This document shows positions 1-13,400 of a stretch of DNA of 64,000 nucleotides, piece by piece. The notes under the pieces are model-generated. The model saw only the letters and a program-made list of their open reading frames with translations, had not been told where the DNA came from and ran no database searches. Within the stretch, counting starts at the first letter, position 1, and every line of letters starts with the position of its first letter. This DNA comes from Callorhinchus milii (taxonomy: Eukaryota), in the NCBI RefSeq assembly GCF_018977255.1, contig NW_024704742.1:78556001-78620000 (forward strand), given 5' to 3'. The position numbers and the translations under genes are program-made.

Positions 1-129
1 AATTTTCTCTCAGATGTTCAACAGGATGAGTGTTGTGATAAAATTCATGGGTTCAAATGTATTGATTTAGCTGGTCTCAAACAAGGCAGCAAGCAGTGCA
101 GTTATTACAATTGGCTTCAGTGTCTGTGG

Positions 130-365
130 GCTTAGTAGGGAAAACTGAGTCAGGTTTGCCATTCCCAATTGCTATTCAGTGAACATCAAGGTGAGGGCAA
201 GACCAAGCTTGACTGAATTACCCCCACACATTAAAGTAGCTTTCCAACATTCACTGCCGACATGTACACGTGAAGCAGAGGGTGCTTAGTACCATGGATA
301 GACCTCTATCCCAGCAAAGAATCAACGGCCTTCAGGTGAAAAGGAGGGGAGAAATTGGCAAAATA
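130..365 (+). repeat. Unclassified old SINE-like repeat
   Basis: Similar segments at about 770-1065, 17150-17400 and 36490-36690 (+) and 48605-48790 (-); common end ccttcagg..ggggagaaattgg. Confidence 0.55.
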
Positions 366-566
366 AAATTACGCAAGACTGTTCAAGATCTCCCCAAACA
401 AAGGTTTGCCAAACATGTTTCTATGAGCATGGTGTTGTATTAGCAGTTCCAGTATTGTACAAGGCAATATGAGATTGCATGTGGGTTGAAATGGGAACTA
501 CTGGTGCAGGATATGCAGTACAAGAGAGGGGATTCCACTTGTGTGACATTATCTGCCATATATAAC

Positions 567-572
567 TTTATT
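567..572 (-). other. Candidate polyadenylation signal AATAAA for the nAChR gene
   Basis: First AATAAA I found on the minus strand downstream of the stop (about 765 nt). No transcript support. Confidence 0.3.
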
Positions 573-1335
573 TCTATATCTTTTTCCCCTTTAAAAGTCA
601 ATGCTAACTTACTTTGGTAACATTTCATGGAAATAACTCTGATCAGGTAACCAAAAAAGGATCTCATGGCCAACACAGGCTATTACGTTGGGTTAGATCC
701 ATCTTTCAAATGAAAACAGAAATCGGAACTCTCCCAACTGTTGTCTGGAACTCAAGCATACAGACAAGGAATGTCCCAGGCAATAGCTGAGTTAGCTTTG
801 CTAGGGAGAAATAAAATTAACATGAGTTATTCCTTCTGAATGCTATCCACTGACCTCTGCTTGAAATGCGGGTGTGAAATTTGAGTGAGAACAGGAATGG
901 GCTCAAATGTGATGCCCTTCACACCCCGATAACCTGCTGACGCTCACTGTCTAAGATCACATGTAAAGAATGTGAGGTAGCAGAGTAGATGTTGCCTGTG
1001 AAATAACACTCCTATGTGATTTGTACTATCAGGAGGAATAGCAGAGAAATCTGAAGGGAAAAATTTGAAGAGATATAACATTCTGGTCGAAAATAAAAAT
1101 ATAGTTTTATGTTAAATTCATTATCAGATAAACGTGCAGCGGTGATACATCTTTTCATATTTGAAAATGAGCAGCAGGCATCAGAAGTAGTCCTGAGTTA
1201 CAGTTCACCTTCACTGAGGGTCTGTAAAACCGTGCATGGTTGCTTTGTGTCTGATGTTGAAATTAGTTCAAAAATAATTTTTCTGAGAGTTTGACCAATA
1301 CACACGTGGAAGAACTGCCAAAAATAAAATGTGGG

Positions 1336-1488
1336 TTATCCTCCGCTGGGAGTTAGACTTGGTGGGTTCTGGTTTTGAAATAAAGGCTGGAGGAATAGTC
1401 CCATCGTACCAACGACGCACACACACACAAATATCCACAAGAAGAGACGGTCAATGACCATAGCAACATACTTCCAGTCTTCAATGAT
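1336..1488 (-). CDS. chrnb5: nAChR beta subunit coding exon 6 (M4 and C-terminus)
   Basis: tatgtttttcag acceptor; [50 protein letters not shown] followed by TAA at 1336-1338. Confidence 0.97.
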   Translation of the reverse strand: MIEDWKYVAMVIDRLFLWIFVCVCVVGTMGLFLQPLFQNQNPPSLTPSGG

Positions 1489-4400
1489 CTGAAAAACATA
1501 AATCACAGTGTGAAAACCATTCAGTTCTTACAGAGAAGAAACATATCCACACCATATATTATTCTTTCCTGTGAACTGTTTGGCAGTGATGGAGAATTCA
1601 AATTTATACCCATTTATATTTATTTATATATATTTTTATGTATATATTTACACCCACTTAGTATATAATAATAATCCTTGCATTTGAGATAGCACCTTAT
1701 CATGTTGGTGAAAAATGCGACAGCCAATTCCGCACAGCAGTGTCCCACTGTACTGTACTGTGTACTGTAAAGTGTAGTCACTGTGTATTTTGTAGGTGAA
1801 TGTAGCAGCCAGTTCAAGCACAACAATTTCCCACAAACAACCATAAAGTGAATGACCAATTTTATGTGGGCCAGGGCATCAGAAGAAACTCTCTCCTTTC
1901 AGATCGTGCAATGGGAACTTTATTGCCCACCTGAGCTGCCAGACAGCACCACAATTTGACATCTCATCTGAACGACGACACCTCCAACAATGCAGTACTG
2001 CATTGGAGTGTCAACTGTGAGTTCAGTGACTCAATGTAGGGCTTGAACCCACAACCTACTGATTCACAGGCAAAAGTGCTACTAACTGAGCTAAGCTGAC
2101 ACCTCAAGCGCAAGCATTCCCAGATCAGCTATAGCAATGGGCCAAAAGCTGTCTTTTTAATCCCAAATGCAGAACACCCATATACTAATTGTGTGCCATT
2201 TTCATTCTATGGACTCCCATACCTATGGCTTCTATGAATGAAATTGCAAATTATGCAATAATATTCCATGCATTTGATGAAGAATTAATAAAATGCACAG
2301 CGTGAAACAGGCTATTGATCCAATGGGCACTTGCTGGTGGTTTTATTCCACATGAGCCTCGATTCCTTTTTATCCCCTCTATTCCCTTCTCTCTCATATA
2401 CAGCATGTTGTTGAAACATCTCAAAATGCTTCACATGAATTGTACTGTGAAGTATATTGCGTTTGTATTTGCAGGTGTAAGTTGGAGCCAATACGCTCCC
2501 TGCAATGCTCCACAAACAGTTATGGAGTTCCTGAACAATTTAATCTGGGGGGTTCTTGACCAGGACACAGGGAGAAACTTCATTCACTTTTTTGATTACT
2601 AGCATGGGATCTTTAACATCCAGTGAACAGGCAGATGGTTTCAAATCTCATCCGACAATGCAGTGTTCCCCCAGCATTGTATTGTCTCAACCTCACTGTG
2701 AGCTCAAGTCTCAATGTAAAGCTTGAACCCAAAACATTCTGACTCAGAGGTGACAGTGGTGTACCAAAATGAGTTAGGTTTAATTTAATGCTAACTTCTG
2801 GAAGTTCTTTGAATCGTGGACTCACAACTCACTTTACTGTAAAACCAATTAAATGTTTTGAGATGTCCTCCCAATGTAAAAGGTGTTATATCAAATATAG
2901 GAATTATTATTAGGAACTGGATATAGATGGCCTAAAACCAATTTATGTAGAATTGTTAGTTACCATGGCGATCAGTCTGCACTGGATTCAAAGTAAAGTC
3001 TCAGAGGTCAAAGGAAAATGTGATAAAGCACTTTGCTATCTAGTCCTCTTTATTTTGGTTACACTCGGTTCAATTGGTAGTACGTTCACTACTGAGTCAC
3101 AGGTATAGTTGGTTGAGTCTTGATTTCAAGACAATGTGCAAGACACATTTACATTTTGACAAATATGGTGGTGTATCAGGGAAATAAGAGGTTTACAGAT
3201 GTTGACTTAGGCAAGATCACTGAGAAATGTTTTAAAAAATAGTTTGAAGGCAGAGAGAGTAGCAAGGCAAAGTGCTTGTATATCGGGCTGGAGAAGATTG
3301 CATAGGTGGGAGCAGGCTAGATGGAGTCCTGTAGCTCAGTGGTTAGAGCACTCGCTTTGCAAGTGAGAGACCTGAGATCAATTCCAGGCAGGGCGGAACC
3401 TTGGCCAAGTTTCCTTACTCCACACAGAGCCTAATAATAATCCTTCCACAAACACAAAAAACAATAATAAATTGGTCATTTTCAATCCATGACTGTTTGT
3501 GGGACATTGCTGTGCGCAATTGGCTGCCGCGTTCGCCCACAAATATACGGTCAATTCACTTTACAGTATATTCTGTGAAGCGCTTTGGGACATCTAGAAG
3601 ACTTGAAAAGCGCTATATCAAATGCAAGGATTATTATTATTATAAGATCATAGTGGAGCAGACAAGAACGTTCAACTTGATTATGTAAGGAACTAGGCGG
3701 CAAGGATTAAGGCATTAGGTTTATGGAGCCTGGATGGATGGGTTTGAAGCTTCTCGACAGTGGAGCTAGGAATTCTGGTGAAAACAATGGAAACTCCATT
3801 GCTGAGGTGATTAAGCAGCAATGGGGATGATGTAAGGATGTAAGTAGTGATGTTCAGGATGAGGAACAAGAGGATAGTTTTGGAGATGAACCGAATGTGG
3901 AGTTTGAAACTCAGTGTAAATTTTGTTCAATAACCAAGTTATGCTCCATCTCATCAAGGAGGGTTGATGGAACCATACACTAATGCTGCTATTAAAAAAG
4001 CAAGATGACTTTAGTCTCGTTGACATTTAGCTGATGTCAGTCAGTCAGAACAACAACAATCCTGGAACTGAAAGTTGTGGCAGAGAGGTGAAGTATCATC
4101 AAACACAAGGAAGCTGACGAATGCTGGTGAATGACTTTGCTAAGGAGCAGACTATAGAGGACTAGGACAGGACAAGTAAACAAACGCTGAAGAATACTGT
4201 TTGGCCACAAAACAAGAAGGTATTGCAGGAGATGCGGTGATGGTGTTTGGACAGGTAGGAACTTAAACCATGAAAGTGCAGTTCTGTGGAAAGGACCAAG
4301 GAGGAAAGGCAATAGAGGAGAATGGTATGGTCAACAGGGCAGAAAGCAGCAATGAGGATGAAAAAGATGATTGGGAAATTTGAGGCCTGATATCAGTCAG

Positions 4401-7400
4401 AGAGAATATCATTAGTGATTTCCACTAGTGAAGTGTCAGTGTTGTGGCTTGTTCAAACAATGAATGGAGGGATTTGAACAAAGAATGGAAATCCTGCCCA
4501 TTATGAGCCACTAACTATATCCCACAAACAGCCATTAATTTTATTCGAGGGACGGTTGGCCAAGACACCAGCTGAGACTTCCCTTCTCTGACATTGTCTT
4601 TGACACATCATAATACCCAGACATTTATTTTTTGACAAATGATCATAAAACCCAATCTTCCAATGTTGCTTATAATTTGGAGTCAGAAACTCCCTCTACC
4701 CAGCTTCTCTCCCCACACACAATCCAGCAGTTGAGCAACTAGTACAGCTAAACAAAAATATTTCAGCAGCAGTTAGAGTTCAAAGCAATTTTAAAATGGA
4801 ATGGTACTGCAGCCAGCAGCGAGACAGATAATGTGCTCCTGCAGCAGATCTCTGTTGTTTTCATGTAAGCATTGTAAAATAAACTACAACTGACATCTAG
4901 GTTTTCTTAAAGGAGCGCTGCCTTCAGGAAAAAGTGATTGGTAAATTGTTTTTATTCCATAGGTTTAATTTGTGTGTAAGCACATTGTTATGTCATTTGT
5001 CTAGGACATACTGTAATACAAAGGCTATATAGCATTACATGGTCTATTTCCTCCACAAGGAGGGAAAGAAAAATATTTATTAAACCTCTTTTTCATCAGG
5101 AAGGTAATGCTCCTTCAAAGTGGCAAATGCTTTTCTATTTTGCACCTCGATACCCACTGAAGGCACTCACCACCAATGCTAGCTGACTCTGTATATGTGC
5201 AATGAGAAGATTGCTGGGGTTGGCAATTGGCACATGATGTCTTTATCAGGGCACGTCTACATGAGGAAAAGTGGAAGAGAACAGCCACGAGCAATATATG
5301 CACAAGCCATTTATCATGCTCAAAAATGAAAATCACTGCTAAATAAAAATCCAAACAAAGAGAAATTACCCTCAAAGGGAAATGTTATATTTACTTATTT
5401 TCAAATGCTCGGGCAGAGTCGTCTGTTACTCGGGTATTTCAGTGCGATAGTTCTGCAGGAAAGCCAGTAAGACAGTAGCCATGGCTATAGACTGTTTCTG
5501 CACATATCTTTTTGGGAATAAGATAATGCTACATTCATTTCTTCTGGTCCATATGGCTATAAATTGCTTGTTACCTCACTGCTATTATATGATATGTGTT
5601 TTAAAATACAGGTTCAAAATAAAGACAAATGGAAAACTGTATTTTGCAAAACCAGCACTTCCACCTTATTTAGAGAGAATGCGGAAATGGCCTTCTGATA
5701 ACAGCTTGATGAATAATAAAGTGCATCCAAAAGCCTTGGAGGCTGCACAGATCCTGTCTTTGAACTCCAGTGCAGGGGAGCTGGGGACAGCCATTGTATA
5801 ATAATGTTTGTGGAACAATTCTTGTTTTAGGAAAAGATCATTGCATGCAGAAGTAAAAGGAGCTAATAAAATATTTATGTACTGCTGCACTGGGACTGTT
5901 GGTAAATTTGCATTTTAATCGTGAATTGAAAACAACGAATGGAGGGACTTGATTATACAAATAATGACAATCGACTCCACTATTATTTATATGAAAAAAT
6001 GATCCTTACATCACCATTATTGCCAAGAAATTTTATACTCCCAGGCTACCTGTTTTTGTACAAAGATTTTATTTCACACAACATTGAGGTTCAAGAATCA
6101 ACTACTGCTATGATATTACCATTACTAAGATATCAAAAGTAACTTTACTTCTGTTAATCACATCCAGGCTCAGTTATTATTATGATAATAATCTTTGTAT
6201 TTGATATCGTGCCTTATTGCGTTGTCAAGCCATCTCAAAGCGCTTCACAGAATATACTATAAAATATAGTAACTGTATATTTTGTTGGCGAAACACGGCA
6301 GCCAATTGCGCACAGCAATGTCCCACCACCACAACACAACAACAAAGTTACATTTATAGAGCGCCTTTCATGTGGGGAGGACGTCCCAAAGTGCTGAACA
6401 GGCAGGTGTTGGGACCCGAGCATGGGGGAGGGTTGGTGTAGGGGTGAGGGAAGGCAGAGAGGTGGGAGGGCGACCAAAGGCACGGTCGAAGAGTGGATTG
6501 AGCGACCAGTTGTGGATTGAGTTACCAAATTAATATTACAATATTTTAGGGATTATTATCCCAGGAAAGTGGTCCGCCAATCAACTAACGACAAGATCCC
6601 TACTACGTGCCTGGTAAACAGAAGCGTGTGGAGTAGGGATACTTGTCTAAGGTTTTACCCCACCCAGGAGCAGAACTTGGGTCCTCTCACTTGTGAGGCG
6701 AACGCGTTAACCACTCACTACAGGACTCCAGGTATTCCAATGCTCTGTTTTCTGACAGAACTCTGCAGTCCATGTCCTTTCCTGCAACAAGGTCTAGGAA
6801 TCACTGAATTCAAGATCCTCTTCTTCACATTCAAATCTGTTCAAAGCTTCGCCCTTTCCACCTCTACGATCTCCTGCGACCCCACTTTCCCGGCTAAACC
6901 CTCCTCTCGGCTTCATGTCCCCTGCCTGATCTACACCATCTGCCCCACTATCAGTAGATGAGCTTTCAACCATCCTGTCCCTACATTCTGAAACTCCAAC
7001 CCAGAGTCCCTCCACCTTGCTTCTCGCTTGTTTCTACCTTGAACATCTACCTTCAGACCAATTGTCATAACCACGCTTTTTGCCACTTCCTCCCCAATCT
7101 CCCTTCCCTCCCCCAGCTAGGGATTCCAATCAGCTGCCAGAGGAACTTTTAGACCTCCTTCCGACATAAATATAAGTTCTTAAGAAATATATATTTGGAA
7201 TTCCAGGATTAAATGAAGCAACAACAACAACAACTTGCATTTATATAGCGCTCTTCACCCGGGGTAGCGTCCCAGAGCACATCATAAAAACATTTCCTCT
7301 ATTTCCCTATAATTTACTTCTTATTTTATTTATCTGTAATTTAGCTCTTATGTTATAATATTGATGTATAATTTACATCTTATTTTATATTGTTTATCCA

Positions 7401-10400
7401 AGCTCCACATTTTCTACTTTATTTCTAAGAATTCTAGCTGTTTGCTCATAGAATTTTTTCATTTACAATGACAAATACATAATCTGCTGGCCAAAAGGTA
7501 GCAACAAACAGAACTATAAAAAGAATATACCCAGTCATAACTAACATTCAGGGATAAAGAGTTATAAAGAGACAAGGCAAGGAGCAGAGAATGGGAAAGC
7601 GTAGGAGAAGTGTGAAATTGAATGTCGGATTTGAAAAGATGAACGGTCAAAGCATACCACAGCCGCAATCTCTCTACTGATATCAAATTAATAGTAGTTA
7701 TACCAAGTAGACAAGCAATGTGTATAGAGAGGTTGTAGACAAGTGTCAGTCCAGAATAGACAAGAGAAGTCACATAATCTAGAAGTGACAGAGAACAGCA
7801 ACAACAACAACAAGATTACATCTGCATAGCGCCTTTCAAGTAGGGAGGACGTCCCAAGGCAAGATGGGCAACAAGACAGATCCCCCCAGGAAATTACAAA
7901 TAGAGAGACAATGTGACAATACAATACAAAATTACATTTATATAGTGCCTTTCATGTTAGGAGGTTGGCCCAAGGCGCTTGACAGTCCTCCTTCATGTCC
8001 CCTGTCCCCTATGCTGCACCATCACCGGTTATACTCTCAGCCACTATGCCCCGAAACAATGGAACTCTCTGCTTCAATCTCTCTGCCTTACTTGTCTTCA
8101 GATCACACCTGAAAACCTTCCTCTTCGACCATGCCAATGGTTACCTCCCCCTTCTTCCTGACTCAGCACCAAGCTCCCTGCCACTTGGATGCGTCGCAGC
8201 TATCAAGCTACCGGCCCATCTCCAACCTCCCCTTCCTATCCAAGGTCCTGGAACGAGTTGTCGCCTCCCAGCTGCGCTCTTTCCTCTCCAACCATTCACT
8301 ATTCGAACCCCTTCAATCGGGTTTCCATGCTGCCCATAGCACAGAAACTGCCCTGGTCAAGGTCACCAATGACATCCTGACCATCTGTGACCAGGGCTCC
8401 CTCTGCCTCCTCGTCCTCCTCGACCTATCGGCAGCATTCGATACGGTCGACCATGCTATCCTCCTCCACCGCTTGTCCTCCCACCTTAACCTTCAAGGCC
8501 CTGTCCTTGAGTGGTTTAGGTCGTACCTCTCCCACCGTCTTCACTTTGTCTCCACAAATGGTTTTTCCTCCGGCCCCCGCACTGTCTCGTGCGGTGTCCC
8601 TTAAGGCTCTGTCCTCGGTCCCCTCCTCTTCACCCTCTATATGCTCCCCCTTGGTGACATCATCCGCAGACATGGGGTTAACTTCCACATGTATGCGGAT
8701 GACACCCAACTCTACCTTTCCTCCTCTACCCTCAACTCCACGACCACCGATGTCCTGACAGCTGCCTGTCTGACATCGAGTCCTGGACGAGAGACAACTT
8801 TCTTCAGCTCAACGTGCGCAAAACTGAGGCCCTCCTGATTGGCTCACGTCAGCGCCTCCGCACCTCAGGCGCTGACACATCAGCATCCAAGGCTGCACTC
8901 TCCACCTCTCAAAGCCAGTCAGGAACCTCGGGGTTCTGTTCGACCCTGAGCTGTCCTTTCTCCCTCATATCCGCACCACAACTGGCACCGCCTTCCATCA
9001 CCTCCGGAATGTCGCCAGACTACGGCACTACCTCACCCCTCACGCTGCTGAAACTCTGGTCCACGCCTTTATCACCTCAAGGCTGGACTATGGGAACTCT
9101 CTCCTCGCCGGCCTTCCCGCCACCTCCCTCCACAAGCTGCAGGTCATTCAGAACTCTGCAGCTCGTGTACTGTCCCGCACCAGGCTTCGCGACCACATCA
9201 CTCCCACCCTCGCTCGCCTCCACTGGCTCCCCATCCACCAGAGGATCGAATTCAAGATCCTCATCCTCACCTACAAGGCCATTCACGGCCTTGCTCCCTC
9301 CTACCTCTCCGACCTACTAACCCCCTACCTACCTGCCCGTACCCTCCGTTCCTCTGGCTCCGGTCTGCTCCACATCCCCCGCCCCAACCGCCCTACCATC
9401 GGTGGCCGGGCCTTCAGCCTCTCAGCCCCTAGGCTCTGGAACTCTATCCCCCAGTGCCTTCGCCGCCTCCTCCCTTTCCTCCTTCAAGGCCGGTCTCAAG
9501 ACCTTTCTCTTTGACCGTGCCTTCAGCTCCCCTCTCGACTCTCTACCCCCTCCTCGCTCCCTCCCTTCCCTCCCCTCACCCTGACCATTTCCCCCCTGCT
9601 CGGGTCCTGACCCAACTGTACAGCGCCTTGGGACGTCCTCCCGACGTGAATAAATGGAATCTTGTTGTTGTTGTTGTTGTTGTTGTTGCCACTGTTAAGA
9701 GCTCCGAGGCCCTACCCATGTGAATCCTCCTGGGGGTGGGAGGTAAGTGGGATCTCCTTGAACCTGAACTGACTCCACGATGACATGTTTGGTAACAGAA
9801 TGCTGGAATCGAACCAAATTCTTTGGGGATCTTGTTAGTCCAGTTCCTGAACCAGGTGGGTCCGCGGTATTTCAGGGCACAGTGATGACAGCACAACCAG
9901 GCAAGCTCATCAGCAGGACCTGGAAGGACAGACCAGTAACTGGGGCATGGACTCTTCCCACTCAGCTACTGTTAACGCTGCAAGCCAATGGTGGGGTAGT
10001 CCTCGCTAGACAACCAGCAGGGAAAACTTACCAGATGGTGCTCTCAATGGCAAGCTATGGGGTTTCAGCTAGTTGGACTCCAGCAGTACTCCAATGCATA
10101 CTCTGGGGGCCCCAAGCCTTGGCTCTCACCAACCTGCGTCTAATACTTACCAGAATTAGCTCAGTAGGAGAGAGTGCACATTCCATTCCAATAAATATCT
10201 CTGGAATTTCCATGTGTAGGTGGGATGCATTGGGATTCTCAGTTTGGTTTGGATACTATTAAGCATGGGGATGGGTTTTTGTATATGTCAGACACCCAGC
10301 TGATCAAAATAAAAAAAACTTCATATGAAGGGTGTTATATAAATTACAAGTTGTTGTTGTGTTGTAAAGAAGCTGATCAAAAAGTGCATTTGGAAAATTG

Positions 10401-13400
10401 GAATTAGAAGAGAAAGATATCTGTGGTTTTTTAAAACAAGCAAATTTGAACATCAACCAGCAACTTTCACATCGCAAGCCTGCTCTAACAACACACTTAG
10501 GGGCTGGTATTCATTTATTTAGGCGCTTCTCCAGTCTGCAAGCTTATAGAGTGAAAACACATTGTTTTCCACAGTTACCATAGATTTCCATCACACATGA
10601 GGTAGGTGTTTCACATACCGCAGCAAACTGTCCTGAATTAGCAACATGCAAATATGCCACACAAATTAATGAAGAAATGTCACAATAGTGACCACAAATT
10701 AAAGTTACGAAGGGAGTCAGTACCTTTGCTAAATGGGAATGTCAACCAGAATATCAACCAGAGGAGCAGAGGGTTCTCTTCTTTGGGAGGTAGTGGAAGA
10801 TGGCTCACTCAGAATAACATCAGTAATGTAGCCTATCCAACCAACTTTAACATGGGAAAGAATTCTTGAAGGAAAGTTAAACACTTAGCGGGTAGAAAAT
10901 CCACCTGCGTCTGGATTAACTCTATTTTCTTAACCCTTCTGGTAAGGGAATTTAGAATAAGAAGGCATAATCTTAAAATTAGAGCTAGGCCAGTTAAGAG
11001 TGAAATTAGGAGGACTTTTTTCACCCGTAGGGTTGTGGAAATCTGAAACTCTCTCCCCCAAAAGGCTGTGGATGCTGGATCCATTCACATTTTCAAAACA
11101 GAGGTAGATAGATATTTGTTAGGTCAGGGTATTAAGGGATATGGGGCAAGGGCGAGTAACTGCATTTCATGTACAGAGCAGCTATCATCTTATAAAATGG
11201 CGGAACAGGTTTGAAGGGCTCAATAGCCTAGTCCTGTTTCTGTGTTCCTTTTAGGGTGTTCAGAATCTCTCACATTTTAAGTCAATTCACAAAAGTGTCC
11301 CGGAGGGGATCTTTTAGAGGCATGTACAATATTAAATGGAATTGAAAAAATAAACCCAGAAGAATACTTCCAGATGCAACAAAAAAGTAGAACAAGCGGA
11401 CATAGGTTTAAAGTTGCAAAAAGCAAATTTGGGACAGACATCAGGAAGTATTTATTTACCTAGAGAGTAAATAACAACCAGAACACGTTGCTAGGAAAAG
11501 TGGTTGAGGCCAGGACACTGAACTCATTTCTTAAAAAAAAGCTTGATGTTGTGATGGGAGGACAGTAGGCTGGGTATTCTAGAAAGACCAGATTAAAAGG
11601 GTTTCATCCAAACCAATCTTGTGACCTTGTGTAGCAACACTCAGCTTTAAAGTAAAGAATTCAACAATGTTCCAAATTGTGAAAATGCCTAGAAAATAAA
11701 ATACATCTAGACAAGGTGGAGTTTATCCCAACGGATTATTACTCTAACTGCGTAGATTATTTTACATCTGTTGCCTTCCATTTGTGTTAGGTAGATATAA
11801 CCATCTCTGCAAGGTAACTTCCATGTCATAAAATTACAAGGAAGTTTCCATGTCATGTAATCAAGCAAAGAATGAGGCCATTCGGCCCAGCATTTCCAAA
11901 CTGAAGCTCGTTCCCCAAATGTAGATATCTGCCCTAAACCCAGAATCTTGATATTTGTCATATCACATTTCTAAATCATCAAAAGCAGTGAAGAATAGAT
12001 TATTTGGAACATTTGATATTTACAATTGTACAAATACATTACACATTTATTATTGAGAAATATCAGAAATTAGACCCCATTGAGTTTAACTAGAGTTCAT
12101 GAAATTACTGCCAACGTGAGGTTGTCAGGGAAACTTTATCAATATTAAAGGTTTACTTTTGGTTAGTCCAGTGTCCGGCACATGCAGCAACCGATAATTA
12201 TGCTTAAGAATATATAAAACAGTCTGAGAGTTCCAGATATGTTTTGCCCACAAATATAATGTCAATTCACTTTACAGTCTTTTCTGTGAAGCGCTTTGAG
12301 ATGTCAAGAAGACGTGAAAAGCGCTATATCAAATGCAAGGATTATTATTATATTATTATTATATGCATGCCATCTATGCACAAAAATGTCCCTGTGTCTC
12401 GAATGGAGTGCACACATTCTCCTAGAGGGACACACCATGCTTACCTAATTCTGGAAATGATTAGGCACAGGTTTGCAAGAGCCAAAGCTAGTAGCCAGTA
12501 TCATAATGGCACAATGTGTACATTCAACTGTTCAACGTTCAACATATACAGAAATACCTATCTTGGAGTTCTGACTGTATATATCTGCAAGCACAGTAAT
12601 TTGAAGGACTTGCTTTGCATTTGGTGCTCAGAGGGTTAAGGATGAATCAATTGTGATTCTTATAACACATCTTACATTAGTTGAGGGCATGGAGGGATCA
12701 AATTAAAAACATATTATGTTTTGAGAGACACCCAGAGAGAGAGAATGAGAAAAAGACCAATTGATATTATCTATCAAGCCTTTCGGGTTTTGTTTAGTTC
12801 CTGTTCCTGTGTGCTCACTCCTCTGAGATTCCTCTGACTCAGAGAGATGTGGTCTTAAACCCTATGTTGGGATTTTGAACTCACACTGATACGCCAGTGC
12901 AGTGCTGAGGTGTGCTGCATTGTTAGAGATGCCATCCTTCAGTTGAGACATTAAACTGAGATCCCGTCTACCTGTTTGGATGGATGCTAAAAATCCTATG
13001 GCACTATTTGAAAATAGAAGGGAGTTTCTTCTAGTGTCCTGGTCAATAATCAACCAAATAGAATAGATCATTTACTTCAGTAATGTTTGTGGGAAACTGC
13101 TGTGTGCAAATTGGCTGCTGCGTTCACTTACAACATATGCTGTACAATATTCCAGTGAAGCACATTAAGATGTTCTCCCCACCCAAAAAGCGCTATATCA
13201 AATGCAAGGATTATTATGTTTTATATTCGTATAGAGAAAGAAAACCAAGTTTGGTGGTTGAGACTTTCCCCCCAATGTGAAAGATGCAATATAAATGTAA
13301 ATTGTATTGTATAAATAAAGTAACTTACACTTTGATCATCGTCTTCAATTTTCATATGGTTTGCTATGAATCTGACGCCATCGACTGCCTCTTGAACCTT

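Noticed and set aside
8131..9320. Active reverse transcriptase gene
   Set aside because: It is 5'-truncated, has an in-frame TAA in the GVPQGS motif and carries frameshifts, so it is a dead L2 copy.
13221..13328. Read-through of the exon 5 ORF (VSYFIYTIQ...SIRI) as an alternative C-terminus
   Set aside because: There is a consensus GTAAGT donor at the conserved position and an intact exon 6; the extension is intronic and unsupported.
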